Assembly (NCBI GenBank): GCA_038230215.1
Contig: JBBRNR010000002.1
Location: 204,533-268,532, forward strand
DNA: 64,000 bases
Origin: Chthoniobacterales bacterium
Lineage (GTDB): Bacteria > Verrucomicrobiota > Verrucomicrobiia > Chthoniobacterales > DASVRZ01
Reading direction: 5' to 3'
Every line of letters starts with the position of its first letter. Position 1 is the stretch's first letter. Shown here in pieces: positions 20,645-31,321 of this stretch. Below the pieces are notes generated by a model. The model worked only from the letters and a program-made list of their open reading frames with translations, had not been told where the DNA came from and ran no database searches. A program made the translations under genes and the position numbers.

Positions 20645-22561
20645 TTATTTATAACTCCGCTGGGCGAGTTTTACGCTTTCGTAGGTGAGCATTTCCTTGT
20701 GTAAAACGGGGTTTCCGAGATCGCCAGAATGCTCCCAAGCCGCTACGTAGGCGTAGTCGTCGTCATTGCGTAGCGCCTCGCCTTCGCTAGTCTGGTATTC
20801 CGTGCGGAAATGTCCGCCGCAACTTTCCTCGCGATCAAGCGCGTCGCGACAGGTCAGCTCGCTAAACTCCAGGAAATCGGCCACACGTCCGGCCTTTTCC
20901 AAGGTTTGATTAAGCTCGGTTCCGCTGCCATCCACCATTACGTTTTGCCAGAATTCCTCGCGCAACTCAGGGATTTTTCGTAGCGCTTCCTCGAGTCCCT
21001 CGCGATTGCGGGCCATGCCGCATTTATCCCACATGAGCAGGCCGAGTTCGCGGTGAAAGGAATCGACCGTCCGTTTGCCCTTGATGCTCAAGAAACGGCT
21101 CGTGCGAGCCTGCACCTCGGCTTCCACTTTTTTAAACTCCGGATGATCGATGGTTATCTTTTTGCCGCTGACTGTCGCGAGATAATTTCCGATGGTGTAA
21201 GGCAGTACAAAATAGCCATCGGCCAGACCCTGCATCAGCGCGCTGGCACCGAGTCGGTTGGCACCGTGATCAGAGAAATTCGCCTCGCCTAGCACATGCA
21301 GGCCGGGGACATTGCTCATCAAATTATAGTCCACCCAAAGTCCGCCCATGGTGTAATGCACCGCTGGGAAAATGCGCATCGGTTGCTTGTAAGCATCCTC
21401 GCCCGTGATGTTTTCGTACATCTCGAAAAGGTTGCTATAACGCTCGCGAACGACCGGCTCGCTCAGACGTTTGATCGAATCCGCGAAATCCAGATAAACG
21501 CCTAACCCGCCCGGGCCGACGCCGCGGCCATCATCACAAGCTTCCTTGGCACTGCGAGAGGAAATGTCGCGTGGCGCGAGATTGCCGTAGCTGGGATATT
21601 TTCGCTCCAGATAATAGTCGCGGTCCTCCTCAGGAATGTCCTGAGGACGCTTGCTGCTATCCTCCTTTCGCTTCGGTACCCAGACGCGGCCATCATTTCG
21701 CAGAGACTCGGACATGAGGGTCAGCTTCGACTGGTATTCGCCGCTGACGGGAATGCAAGTCGGATGGATTTGGGTGAAACAAGGGTTGGCAAAATAAGCG
21801 CCTTTTTTGTGCGCGCGCCACGGAGCGGTAACGTTGCAACCCTTGGCGTTGGTTGAAAGATAGAAGACATTGCTGTAACCGCCGGTGGCCAAAACGACCG
21901 TGTCTCCGGAGTGACTACTCACTTTTCCAGTGAGCAGATCACGCACGACGACACCCTTGGCGTGGCCGTCGATCATGACGACCTCCAGCATTTCCGTGCG
22001 GTAATACATTTCAACGGTACGGTCGGCGATTTGTTTGCTGAGTGCCGAATACGCGCCGAGAAGGAGTTGCTGCCCGGTCTGGCCGCGAGCGTAAAAAGTT
22101 CGGGAAACCTGCGCACCGCCGAAGGAGCGATTGGCCAGCAAGCCACCATATTCACGGGCAAACGGGACGCCTTGCGCCGCGCATTGGTCTATGATTGCGG
22201 AGCTGACCTCGGCCAGACGATGGACGTTGGCCTCACGAGAACGGAAGTCACCGCCCTTGATGGTGTCGTAAAAAAGACGATGAACGCTATCGCCGTCGTT
22301 CTGGTAATTTTTCGCGGCGTTAATGCCGCCCTGGGCAGCGATGCTGTGAGCACGGCGCGGGCTGTCCTGATAACAGAAACATTTCACCCGATAACCCAGT
22401 TCTCCCAAAGTCGCGGCGGCGGACGCTCCCGCGAGACCGGAGCCAACAATGATGATTTCATATTTCCGCCGGTTGGCCGGATTGATCAGCTTCGACTCAA
22501 ACTTGTGCTTCTCCCATTTCTGTTCAAGCGGGCCGGAGGGAATTTTGGAGTCGAGTGGCAT
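20645..22561 (-). CDS. sdhA: Succinate dehydrogenase / fumarate reductase flavoprotein subunit
   Basis: '[12 protein letters not shown]' FAD fold, 'HYTMGG'. Start ATG 22561 avoids overlap with sdhC. Confidence 0.95.
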   Translation of the reverse strand: MPLDSKIPSGPLEQKWEKHKFESKLINPANRRKYEIIIVGSGLAGASAAATLGELGYRVKCFCYQDSPRRAHSIAAQGGINAAKNYQNDGDSVHRLFYDTIKGGDFRSREANVHRLAEVSSAIIDQCAAQGVPFAREYGGLLANRSFGGAQVSRTFYARGQTGQQLLLGAYSALSKQIADRTVEMYYRTEMLEVVMIDGHAKGVVVRDLLTGKVSSHSGDTVVLATGGYSNVFYLSTNAKGCNVTAPWRAHKKGAYFANPCFTQIHPTCIPVSGEYQSKLTLMSESLRNDGRVWVPKRKEDSSKRPQDIPEEDRDYYLERKYPSYGNLAPRDISSRSAKEACDDGRGVGPGGLGVYLDFADSIKRLSEPVVRERYSNLFEMYENITGEDAYKQPMRIFPAVHYTMGGLWVDYNLMSNVPGLHVLGEANFSDHGANRLGASALMQGLADGYFVLPYTIGNYLATVSGKKITIDHPEFKKVEAEVQARTSRFLSIKGKRTVDSFHRELGLLMWDKCGMARNREGLEEALRKIPELREEFWQNVMVDGSGTELNQTLEKAGRVADFLEFSELTCRDALDREESCGGHFRTEYQTSEGEALRNDDDYAYVAAWEHSGDLGNPVLHKEMLTYESVKLAQRSYK

Positions 22562-22566
22562 GGTGA

Positions 22567-23310
22567 TCAGTGAATGGGAGACCAAACAGGCAAACCTTGC
22601 AGATGCAAAAGAACGGAAACTGGGATGCTGATGAAGCCCGCGGCGATGGCGATGGAGAGGAATTTCCCGCCGTTGTCCACGAGGCTAATGACCGGGCGAC
22701 TCTTGATTCCCAAGGTTTGAATGGAACTCGAAATCCCGTGCTTCAAGTGCATCCCGAGCAGGGTGACGCCAAGAATGTAGAAGCCGGAAATGATGGGATT
22801 GCTGAAGCCAAGAATCATCCGCGAGTAAACGTCGGGATGCCCAGCGGGATCGACCAGCGTTTTATACACCGGATGGAAGACGATCAGGGTGAAGTGCATC
22901 ACATGATAAATCACGAAACAGAGGACGGTGATTCCGCTCAGAGCCATCCAGCGCGAGGCGACGGTGGATTTCTGCGGTTTCACTTGCGCGTATTTTTGCG
23001 GACGCGCCTTTCGGTTTGCGATGACTAGAGAAATCGTGGTGATAATGTGAACCACGAATATAAAGAGGAGTCCGAAGCGCAGCGCCCACAGTAAAATGCC
23101 CAGCGCCTGGAGTTTGGCGGCGTAGTTGTTAAAGATTTCCTTATCCGGCAGAAAAAACTGCAAGTTGCCCAACAAATGGCCTATGACGAACCCGAGGAGC
23201 CCGAGTCCGGTAAGAGCAACGATCCATTTTCGTCCAATGGAGGAGGTCGCGAAACTCAGCAGCGGGGACTTGGCAAACGGGCCGAGTGAGGACGTGGAGG
23301 GAACCGGCAT
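22567..23310 (-). CDS. sdhC: Succinate dehydrogenase cytochrome b subunit (single large membrane anchor)
   Basis: 247-aa polytopic ORF with conserved His residues, immediately upstream of sdhA-sdhB on the same strand. Confidence 0.8.
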   Translation of the reverse strand: MPVPSTSSLGPFAKSPLLSFATSSIGRKWIVALTGLGLLGFVIGHLLGNLQFFLPDKEIFNNYAAKLQALGILLWALRFGLLFIFVVHIITTISLVIANRKARPQKYAQVKPQKSTVASRWMALSGITVLCFVIYHVMHFTLIVFHPVYKTLVDPAGHPDVYSRMILGFSNPIISGFYILGVTLLGMHLKHGISSSIQTLGIKSRPVISLVDNGGKFLSIAIAAGFISIPVSVLLHLQGLPVWSPIH

Positions 23311-23357
23311 ATCAGCAAAGTATTAATTTTGCTAATATTGTCAATGTTTTTGGACGC

Positions 23358-25475
23358 TCATCGTGATCCGTCCAGCGCCAGCGCCATGGCTTGGGTTTCA
23401 GTGATGCTTTTGACGAGATAACTCCAGATGAGCTGCATCTCCAGTGTGGAAGGCTGGGGGAGGCTGGCACTGGATTGAAGCTCGGCAAGGCTGGCGTCAG
23501 TTTCATTTTGCCCGGCGATGGCGGAGAGCTTCTCTAGACGCTTGTCCAGCTCCTCAATGGGCCGGGTGAATGGCTCACAGCCGACTTCCATGGGACTCTC
23601 TTCGAGATGCACGGCGATGGCGGTGAGGGACCGGGTAATGCGTTGATTGTAGGTCGTGAGTGCGGCGCCACGATCCGCCTCAAACTCGGCGATGCCCGGT
23701 TCAGCGAGCAGGCGTTGCAAGGAGATGGAAGCGTGACGATTGGCGTTTTCAGCCTTGCGCTTGCTGCTGAGAAGTTCCTCGAAGTCGCTGCCCGCAGTGC
23801 CCAGACAACGCGCGATGGTGGCGAGATAAATCCGGTTCGCCTGAATCGATGCGGCGAGCAAGGTGTTAAATTTACCGCCTTCCCAGACCGGCCAGAAGAG
23901 CAGCGCCGCCACTAGCGCGACTGCACCACCCGCTGCGTTGCAGAGTAGTCGGGTGACTGTAAAATCGAGGTGGACCGGGCCGATGGTCTCGGTCAGTAGC
24001 ACGATCATCAAAGTCACGAAAAAGACCGCGACGCCGTATCGTAGCCTGACGTAATAGGCGAAGCCGAACGACATCAATCCGGCCAGCCCGTCGAGCAGGA
24101 GCAGAGGCATTTTGATCCAGAGCAGGACGCTCCCGAGCAGACTGCCTGCAAAGGTTCCGCCGATGCGCTGCGCTGCGCGTTCCCGGGTCGAGCCGAAATC
24201 GGGTTGCAGCACGACGACCATCGTAAATGGAATCCAGTAGCCGTGGTGAATGTTCAGTGCCTTGTAAACCGCCACGCCGCCCATCATCACTAAAGCCATG
24301 CGTAACGCGTGCCGGACGAGCACGGGATCGATTTGCGACGAGGGATTCATCCAGACGGCGACGGAGCGGATGGATTTTCCACCAAGATCTGGCAGGCGCG
24401 AGGGAAATAGTGCCCAGCGCCCCGGGCCGTGATCAATCGTCGTTCCCAAAGTCGCGTCGATGCGCGGCAGTACGAGCGCGATCTTGCCGAGCGCATCCTG
24501 GAGTTGGGTCACATCATAATCTAAAGAGGCGATTTGCCCCTCGCAGACGTGGATTAAATGCAGGCAGCGCTGGATGCGTACCTCAGTCGCCGTGAAATTT
24601 TCCAGCCGGTGCGAAATCAGGGTGATCGCCACCGAGCGCGCCGTGTCGCTTAAAGCCTTCAGTACAGAATCCATTGTCGGCAGATGCGGCGCGAACAGCG
24701 GGGAATTCATTAGCGGTTCCCAAGCGGAATGAAATCCGGTGACTCGCATCGCCATGTGCACGGCCTCACGGCGCATGTCCTCCAGATGTTGGAGCAGGGC
24801 GGTGCGGCGCTTGTTTTCCGCAGCTCCCAGAATGACGAAGGTACGGTCCAGCGCCATTCTTAAGTCGCGCTCTTTTTCCATCATCAACCCTGTCGCCATC
24901 GTGCGTCCATCCAGCGGAGGGCGCATGGCAGCTATCACATCGGAAAGGGCAACCCACGTTTCTCCGACGGCGTAGCGAAGGGGATGCTGCGGACGGAACA
25001 GCCAGAAACCAATATGCAAAAGGGCCGTTCCAGCACCGCCGATAAAAATCAAACCCGCCAGGTGCCAGCCATGCGCCAAGGTGCCGGGCTGGGAGAGCCC
25101 GAGTAGAAAAAGCAGTGCCGACGCCACACTCAGATGCGGCCCGTAATCCGCGCTCAGATGTCGCCAGACGCTGCCCAGCAAGGCCAAAAAACCCGCGGCC
25201 AGGATGGACGCCAGCAGACTCCCGCCACACCACACGCCAAGCACAGCCGCAAACGCGACCGCAAAGGTGATCGTTGCCAGAATGACGAGTCGCATCCCAT
25301 AGGCACCGCGCAGATCGGGCAGCGCCATGGTTTGCGCCGACATCGCGATAAGAATGGCGTCGGATGTTCTGCCCAGCCAATGGCAGATAAGCAGGGGAAT
25401 GAGAAACGCCAGACCCGCACGGAACCCTCGACGGAACTCCGGGCGCAAGGTGAAATCTTCCCTAAGCCGCCTCAT
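23358..25475 (-). CDS. FUSC/YccS-family membrane protein (aromatic acid exporter-like)
   Basis: 705 aa. Two multi-helix hydrophobic blocks are separated and followed by long helical cytoplasmic regions, the typical FUSC architecture. Confidence 0.75.
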   Translation of the reverse strand: MRRLREDFTLRPEFRRGFRAGLAFLIPLLICHWLGRTSDAILIAMSAQTMALPDLRGAYGMRLVILATITFAVAFAAVLGVWCGGSLLASILAAGFLALLGSVWRHLSADYGPHLSVASALLFLLGLSQPGTLAHGWHLAGLIFIGGAGTALLHIGFWLFRPQHPLRYAVGETWVALSDVIAAMRPPLDGRTMATGLMMEKERDLRMALDRTFVILGAAENKRRTALLQHLEDMRREAVHMAMRVTGFHSAWEPLMNSPLFAPHLPTMDSVLKALSDTARSVAITLISHRLENFTATEVRIQRCLHLIHVCEGQIASLDYDVTQLQDALGKIALVLPRIDATLGTTIDHGPGRWALFPSRLPDLGGKSIRSVAVWMNPSSQIDPVLVRHALRMALVMMGGVAVYKALNIHHGYWIPFTMVVVLQPDFGSTRERAAQRIGGTFAGSLLGSVLLWIKMPLLLLDGLAGLMSFGFAYYVRLRYGVAVFFVTLMIVLLTETIGPVHLDFTVTRLLCNAAGGAVALVAALLFWPVWEGGKFNTLLAASIQANRIYLATIARCLGTAGSDFEELLSSKRKAENANRHASISLQRLLAEPGIAEFEADRGAALTTYNQRITRSLTAIAVHLEESPMEVGCEPFTRPIEELDKRLEKLSAIAGQNETDASLAELQSSASLPQPSTLEMQLIWSYLVKSITETQAMALALDGSR

Positions 25476-25543
25476 GAATACGCCCGCACGATACGGACCA
25501 TTTTCCCAAACTCAAGTCCGTGTGTTCGGGGCTGAGTTTCAGT

Positions 25544-25903
25544 CTAATCCAACTCGGCCAGTCTGGCCCGGACCAAGTCCTTCACTAAATTCCCATCCAT
25601 GTCCCAATCAATCGGGACTTGAAAGAGATTTTGCTTGACCACCAACTTTCCCATTCTCTCTGCAAAATCTGTCATCACACGCGGGCTCCAGGGCGATAAC
25701 GAAAGGTGATTCTGAAATGCGCAAACGCCGAAGACATACTTTCCACGGCGGTGGATTTGGGGGACGTTCCAAGAAATCTTCGATTCCAGTTCGGGAAATT
25801 CGGATAATATCAAATCCATTACTGACCTTAGTGTCCCGGCTTTTACAGAATCGTCTAGCGAGGTTAAATAATCCTCCACGGAATGAAATTTTTGGGAACT
25901 CAT
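25544..25903 (-). CDS. DUF1801 (YdhG-like) domain protein
   Basis: 119 aa. 'VEDYL...ESKISWNVPQIHRRGKYVFGVCAFQNHLSLSPW'. Confidence 0.65.
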   Translation of the reverse strand: MSSQKFHSVEDYLTSLDDSVKAGTLRSVMDLILSEFPELESKISWNVPQIHRRGKYVFGVCAFQNHLSLSPWSPRVMTDFAERMGKLVVKQNLFQVPIDWDMDGNLVKDLVRARLAELD

Positions 25904-25922
25904 TATTGAATTTTGTGAGTTC

Positions 25923-26252
25923 TCATCCCGGAGGCTGGACCTTGGAACGCCTCGTGCGCATCATCAGCCAAAGCTTCCGCGCGGTGAAGAGCACCACCTG
26001 GCTCAGCAGAGCCGCTCCGTAGCCGGACAGTTGATATGCCCCGAGCCAAAGCGCCACGCCGAGGACGGCAAAAAAGATACCAGCAAACATCCAATAGCCC
26101 GAAAAGAGGATGATAGGCACAAAGACAAACCGCACCGCCCCCGCATACTCTCGAACTTCCGCAGGCTCCCCATAAATGTAGCCCAGTATGGGAATACTCA
26201 GGATCAGGTGAACACAGCGAAGAATTATTCGTTTGGTGGGAGGGCTAATCAT
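25923..26252 (-). CDS. Small integral membrane protein, function unknown
   Basis: 109 aa with three hydrophobic helices. The start overlaps the stop of the upstream gene (ATGA coupling). Confidence 0.4.
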   Translation of the reverse strand: MISPPTKRIILRCVHLILSIPILGYIYGEPAEVREYAGAVRFVFVPIILFSGYWMFAGIFFAVLGVALWLGAYQLSGYGAALLSQVVLFTARKLWLMMRTRRSKVQPPG

Positions 26253-26785
26253 TCAATCCTCGACTCGCGTGTTTTCGATTGTTTTGGGGCGGTAAAATAC
26301 AGGAGGTAACCTCTTTGCCTGCCCGGTGTCAAGGCGCTGAAAGATGCTTTCAAAGCAGGATTCGCTTCCAGTCTGTTTTGTAGTTCCTCGGGCATGGCGA
26401 AGTCTGAAATCTTCTTGTAAGTCACCTCCAGGCCCGCCTTTTCCACGGCGATGGCTTGCTCGAGATACACTCGCAAGTTGGGTTCCAGCCCGGTTATTTC
26501 CCCCACACTCGTAAACCGCATCTGGCGCGCCGACTGCGTGTTCTCTGTGGGTTGAATGAGAAGGCCGCCTGCATCCTCTAACAAGGCGCCTTTGGTGAAA
26601 AGCAGCGCACAGTGATCTTTTAATCCAATGATTAAAACCACATTGCTTCCCTGAAACGTGTAACACGGCTTGCCCCACTTTAATTCCTCCGTTAGCCCAG
26701 ATTTCAGAAGGATACTTCTCAGGCAATCCATCTCTTCCCGCCACTTTTTGGCTCTGCTAAAATATCCATCAACTTCGGGATTCAT
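26249..26785 (-). CDS. YdeI/OmpD-associated (DUF1801-type) family protein
   Basis: 178 aa from ATG 26785 (MNPEVDGYFSRAKKWREE...). C-terminal 'FSALTPGRQRGYLLYFTAPKQSKTRESRIE'. The N-terminal part of the track ORF overlaps the next gene and is rejected. Confidence 0.7.
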   Translation of the reverse strand: MNPEVDGYFSRAKKWREEMDCLRSILLKSGLTEELKWGKPCYTFQGSNVVLIIGLKDHCALLFTKGALLEDAGGLLIQPTENTQSARQMRFTSVGEITGLEPNLRVYLEQAIAVEKAGLEVTYKKISDFAMPEELQNRLEANPALKASFSALTPGRQRGYLLYFTAPKQSKTRESRIE

Positions 26786-26840
26786 TCTATTTAGATGTGC
26801 TTTTCCGATTCTGCACGCAAGGTATCGTACATATTCGCCG

Positions 26841-28061
26841 CTACGGGTGGATGACGGCTGGAGGTGTGGGTTTCTTTGAGCGCTTCCGACGAACCTTGGG
26901 CTCGCGTGGAGCATCCGACTCTGGAGTGGCGGACTCGAGCGGCGTTGGAGTCGGTTGGACCTCGCCAGTGCGGAGGCTGTGCACGGGCGGAAGGATGTTC
27001 TGGAAAGTGGCGGCATAGATGTCCCAAGCAGTTAGGAAGAGGCCGCAGATGACGGGACCAATGATGAAGCCAATCGGGCCAAACAAAAACAATCCGCCCA
27101 AGGTGCCGACCATGATGAGGAGGTCGGGCATTTTCGCGTCCTTGCCGACGAGGGTTGGGCGCAAGACATTGTCAATCGTGCCCACGACCAGAGCGCACCA
27201 GATGCCGAGGAGGGGGCCAGCCGTGGTGTGGCCTGAGACGAAAAGATAAATAACGGCGGGCAACCAGACGAGAGTGGCTCCGATGCCGGGGATGACGGAG
27301 AGGAGGACCATGAGAGTGCCCCAAAATGCCGCCCCGCCAATACCGGCGATGGCAAATCCGATGCCAGCGAGAGTCCCTTGGATGAGGCCGATGAGGAGTG
27401 TGCCCTTGACGGTGGCGCGGGTGACGGAGGTGAGGCGGTGGAGCATGCGCTCCTCGTCTTCGTGTGCCAGCGGAATGTAGTAGAAGATGCGCTCGAGGAT
27501 GGAGGTGCCGTCTTTTAAAAAGAAAAACATCGCATAGAGCATGACGAAGAGATTGAGGAGAAACGTCGCTGTACTGGCGGTCATGGCCGACGCTCCGGCG
27601 ACGAGGGCGTGCCCGGCGGTCTTGGCGGTGTTGCCAACGTTCTCGACGATTTTCGCCTGATCAGGGAGGTAGTCGGCGAGGGGAGGGAAGCGGTGGGCCA
27701 GCCACTCGCGGGCGTCGGTTGCCCCGCTGGCCTGGAGGTGGACTTGCAGCCAGGGAATGGCCTCATCGGAGATGCCGACGGCTTGTTTGATGACGATTCC
27801 GACAAACGCACTGATGGGCCCGGCGATGAGGAGAAACAGGACGAGCAGGGTGAGGGCTGAGGCGAGAGAACGGCGGCCTTTGCAAAGCTTCACAAACCAG
27901 CGAAAAAGAGGACGGCACAACCCGGAAAAGATGGCGGCCAGAAAGAGCGGCTGAAGAAACGGCCAAATGACTCCAAGGAAAAGTGCAGAAATGGCGATGA
28001 CGAGGATGAGCACAAAAGCCGAGCGGAAATGGCGGCTATCGAGGTGGGCGGGAGGTTCCAT
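26841..28061 (-). CDS. AI-2E family transporter (PerM/YhhT-like)
   Basis: Polytopic. 'IDNVLRPTLVGKDAKMPDLLIMVGTLGGLFLFGPIGFIIGPV'. ATG 28061 is preferred. Pro/Lys-rich C-terminal tail. Confidence 0.85.
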   Translation of the reverse strand: MEPPAHLDSRHFRSAFVLILVIAISALFLGVIWPFLQPLFLAAIFSGLCRPLFRWFVKLCKGRRSLASALTLLVLFLLIAGPISAFVGIVIKQAVGISDEAIPWLQVHLQASGATDAREWLAHRFPPLADYLPDQAKIVENVGNTAKTAGHALVAGASAMTASTATFLLNLFVMLYAMFFFLKDGTSILERIFYYIPLAHEDEERMLHRLTSVTRATVKGTLLIGLIQGTLAGIGFAIAGIGGAAFWGTLMVLLSVIPGIGATLVWLPAVIYLFVSGHTTAGPLLGIWCALVVGTIDNVLRPTLVGKDAKMPDLLIMVGTLGGLFLFGPIGFIIGPVICGLFLTAWDIYAATFQNILPPVHSLRTGEVQPTPTPLESATPESDAPREPKVRRKRSKKPTPPAVIHP

Positions 28062-28446
28062 GAGAATCAGGCGGCGGTGTGCAGGCGGGTGAAGCTTATT
28101 GAAGAAGTCATTTCCAGAGGAACGGATGGGTGTGGGGTTGTGGTTCCCTGAGCGCAACGGCGATTTTTAGGTCTGCGACACGGGTTTTTTCTTCCGCAAC
28201 AGCGGTGACTCCGGGGTTTTGGCTTCCGTCGCCACTGGTAACGCTCAGCCCCGAGGTTGAAATGTCGTTAGTCATGGGAACAAATGGGACTGGTGAAGTG
28301 TTTTAGAGATTTTGCTGAGGAAAATGCAAGTCTCTTCGAAGAAATAAGTGCCCACAAACGGGGTCATCCTCGCCACGTTTGCCAACCACGGGCAATGAAC
28401 GCGGCAGCGCGGGGCACGAGTCTGGTGACGCGGGACTTGGAGTCCG

Positions 28447-28523
28447 ATGGAACTCGAATGAAAATTTCTAACGGGGGACGATCCGGGCTCCAGAACCGAA
28501 TGGAACTCGACTGAGAATTTCTA
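28447..28523. repeat. Two 24-bp direct repeats (22/24 identical), 53 bp start-to-start, between the serA stop and the AI-2E transporter gene
   Basis: ATGGAACTCGAATGAAAATTTCTA at 28447-28470 and ATGGAACTCGACTGAGAATTTCTA at 28500-28523. The second copy contains the serA stop codon. Confidence 0.7.
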
Positions 28524-30113
28524 CAACGCGACGATGCGGGCAGAGAGGATATCGGATTCGCGGGTGAGGGAGGCTACGACTTCCGGGCCGGGCGAGCTGT
28601 CGAGGTTGAGGACGGTGAGGGCTTTGCCGCCGATTTCGTTGCGGCTGAGCGACATGCTGGCGATGTTGACGCCGTGTTTTCCGAGGATGGAGCCGACTTT
28701 GCCCACGATGCCGGGGACGTCTTGGTTTTCCAGGATGAGAAGGAAGCCGGAGGGTTTGGCTTCGACGAAGCGGTCGTTGATGCGGACGATGCGCGGGGTG
28801 GTGCCGAAGAAGGTGCCGGAGACGGAGACGATGTCGTCGCCACAGCCGGCGGTGATTTCGAGGAGTTCGGCAAAGTCGCCGGAGACGCTCTGGCGGGTTT
28901 CTTTGAAGGCGAGTCCGAGGCTTTCGGCGAGGGCGGGGGCGTTGACGGAGTTGACTTCAGCGCCGCCGATGGCTGCGAGGTAGCCTTTGAGGATCATGCG
29001 CGAGATGGGTGTGGTGTCGGCTTCGTTGATTTTGCCGCTGTAGTTGACGCTGAGGTGTTCGCAACGTTTCGGGGCGATCTGGCTGATGAATTTGCCGAGG
29101 GATTCGCCAAGCGCGAGGTAGGGGCCGACAACGGCCAATGTTTTGGCGTCGATGTTGGGCATGTTGACGGCGTTGCGGATGGTGCCCTCGAGGAGGGTGG
29201 CGCGGATGGCTTCGGCGATTTCGATGCCGACGTTTTCCTGGGCCTCGGAGGTGGAGGCGCCGAGGTGAGGGGTGAGCACGATGTTGGGCAGGGTGCGCAG
29301 CGGGAAGTCGGCGGGCGGGGGCTCGACCTCATAGACGTCGAGCGCGGCACCGGCGACGTGGCCGTTTTTCATGGATTCGTAGAGGGCGGTTTCCTCAACG
29401 AGGCCGCCGCGGGCGCAGTTGACGATGCGGACGTTCTTTTTGCAAAGAGCCAAGCGGCGCGCGTCGAGCATGTATTTGGTCTCGGGCGTGAGCGGCATGT
29501 GCATGGAGATGAAGTCGGCCTGGGGCAGGATGTCGTCGAGTTGGTCGATGAGCTCGACCTGCAGGCTGCGGGCGCGGCTGGCGGACAGATAAGGATCGTA
29601 GGCAAGGACGCGCATCCCGAAGGCCATGGCGCGACGGGCGAGTTCCGTTCCAATGCGGCCCATGCCGAGGATAGCGAGGGTTTTTCCGTAAAGTTCGACT
29701 CCCTCGAAGTTTTTGCGGTCCCATTTGCCGGCTTTCATGGAGGCGTCGGCTTGTGGGATGTTGCGGGCGAGGGAAACGAGGAGTGAAAATGCGTGTTCGG
29801 CGGTGGAAATGGTGTTGCCGCCCGGGGTGTTCATGACGATGACGCCGTGTTTGGTGGCGGCTTCGACATCGACGTTATCGACGCCAACGCCAGCGCGGCC
29901 GACGGCTTTCAGGTCTTTGGCGGCTTCGAGGACTTTGGCGGTGACTTTGGTTTGGCTGCGGACGACGAGGGCGGAAACGCCTTGGAGGGCTTCGATGAGT
30001 TGATCTTCTTTGAGACCGGTTTTGACAATGACTTCGAGGAGACCGCCAGAAGCGAGTTCATCGACACCGCGTTGAGAAATGGGATCAGCGACAAGGACAC
30101 GAAAGTTAGCCAT
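28521..30113 (-). CDS. serA: D-3-phosphoglycerate dehydrogenase (long form with ASB/ACT domains)
   Basis: 530 aa. 'GRAGVGVDNVD', NAD fold 'ILGMGRIGTELARRA', catalytic 'CARGGLV ... TPHLGAST'. C-terminal ACT-like domain. Confidence 0.95.
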   Translation of the reverse strand: MANFRVLVADPISQRGVDELASGGLLEVIVKTGLKEDQLIEALQGVSALVVRSQTKVTAKVLEAAKDLKAVGRAGVGVDNVDVEAATKHGVIVMNTPGGNTISTAEHAFSLLVSLARNIPQADASMKAGKWDRKNFEGVELYGKTLAILGMGRIGTELARRAMAFGMRVLAYDPYLSASRARSLQVELIDQLDDILPQADFISMHMPLTPETKYMLDARRLALCKKNVRIVNCARGGLVEETALYESMKNGHVAGAALDVYEVEPPPADFPLRTLPNIVLTPHLGASTSEAQENVGIEIAEAIRATLLEGTIRNAVNMPNIDAKTLAVVGPYLALGESLGKFISQIAPKRCEHLSVNYSGKINEADTTPISRMILKGYLAAIGGAEVNSVNAPALAESLGLAFKETRQSVSGDFAELLEITAGCGDDIVSVSGTFFGTTPRIVRINDRFVEAKPSGFLLILENQDVPGIVGKVGSILGKHGVNIASMSLSRNEIGGKALTVLNLDSSPGPEVVASLTRESDILSARIVAL

Positions 30114-30295
30114 AAGGAGCGCAGAGGCTAAGAGGCGGGCGGAAGAGTGTCAAAAGCGAAATGTAAAGAATGCAGTCTTAGTGGTCCAAACAGTACGGAA
30201 CGCTACATGAAATCCATCCACAAGTTGTTCACAGCAAAGCAAACCACTGACTTTGCGCCACATAACAATAACATCATACAATGTATGTAGTATGA

Positions 30296-30303
30296 AATAG
30301 AAT
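30296..30303. repeat. Left copy of the 8-bp direct repeat AATAGAAT (putative target-site duplication)
   Basis: Identical octamer at 33682-33689. Each copy is separated by 1 nt from the terminal inverted repeat. Confidence 0.65.
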
Positions 30304-30304
30304 G

Positions 30305-30322
30305 GTGCTGACTCAGTTTGAA
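30305..30322 (+). repeat. Terminal inverted repeat, left (GTGCTGACTCAGTTTGAA)
   Basis: Exact reverse complement of 33663-33680. Confidence 0.9.
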
Positions 30323-31260
30323 GTTTCATCGGTTTTGCCCCCTTGAAGATACCAAGGCGTGGGAATTTGATCTTTGGGCGTTGGCGCGAATGTGAGCGGC
30401 CCTTTGCGGCGCGGCATGTATTTAATCGGGCGGCGCGGTGCGTGGTTCTCGGCTTGGTAGGCATCAAACATGGCAAGCAGATCGTCGGTGGTCCAAACTT
30501 TGTCCGTTACTCCCGCTGCCACTGCTGGCGTTGTTTTCAGCGTCAGATGCTTACGCATGAAATTGTATGAGAAAAAATGCAATGCCAATGCCCGGCAATG
30601 GTTTTCAACCCGCTTGCTGTGGGCATTGGTGCGGCGGGCATAACGACGCAGGTTCATTCGCAATGTCAGATTTTGGCGCTCAACGAAACTGGTGTTGACC
30701 TTGTTCATGTCAGGATTCCCGATCCTCGCCACTTTGTCGGCTCGTATTACGATCTCCTTCCCGTTCTTGTCTTTATCATAGACCTTAATCAACTGCGCGA
30801 AGTCCACGTCCTTGAACCCGTTGCCTACTGCAAAGCGATAGGCAGCCAGACCGTCAGTAGTTACTTGGACGTGACCCGAAAAACGCTCGCCAAGGTCGGA
30901 GCAGAAAGCATCAGCGGTGCGGGCAGAACGGTCTCCGACATACCAGCCAGCCACCAGCTTTGTCTGGGAGCACATGCCAACCTATGTCCAAATGTCGCCT
31001 TGGTGGTCGCCTTTGACGCGTTCTTTATTTTCCTCCTTGCAGCCGACAAATGACCACGCCTCGTCCAGTTGTAATTCGGTGCATGGCAGGTTCCGAAGGT
31101 TTTTATCCTGATAGGCGTTACACGCCTCCCCTAGTTCCTGGATAAGCTTGCAAACCGTATTATACGCAACGCCCGTCATTCTTGAGGCAGCTCTAAGAGA
31201 GTTCCCTTCACAAACCGCCCGAATGATCATTCCCCGCTTCGCGTCTTCCAATTTGTTCAT
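30313..31260 (-). pseudogene. IS1-family DDE transposase interrupted by an in-frame TAG
   Basis: ORFs 30982-31260 (HTH 'GNSLRAASRMTGVAYNTVCKLI', 'LQLDEAWSFVG') and 30313-30975 ('TTDGLAAY', 'TSFVERQNLTLRMNLRRYARRTNAHSK') share one frame. They are separated by TAG at 30982-30984. Confidence 0.85.
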
Positions 31261-31321
31261 GTGGGCAATCTGACATATCGCGATGCACGGTCAAGCATAA
31301 TATATCAGTTTGCAGAAAACT

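Noticed and set aside
28284-28514. 76-aa ORF between the AI-2E transporter gene and serA
   Set aside because: It is on the strand opposite to both neighbours, has no RBS-like context or motifs, and overlaps the direct repeats.
28674-29786. 370-aa ORF on the plus strand, rich in G/D/A/V/E
   Set aside because: It is antisense to serA, which has unambiguous dehydrogenase motifs. Its composition is typical of an antisense shadow.
30150-30476. 108-aa ORF on the minus strand crossing the left inverted repeat
   Set aside because: It overlaps the 3' end of the transposase ORF in another frame and runs out through the IR and target duplication. It has no motifs.
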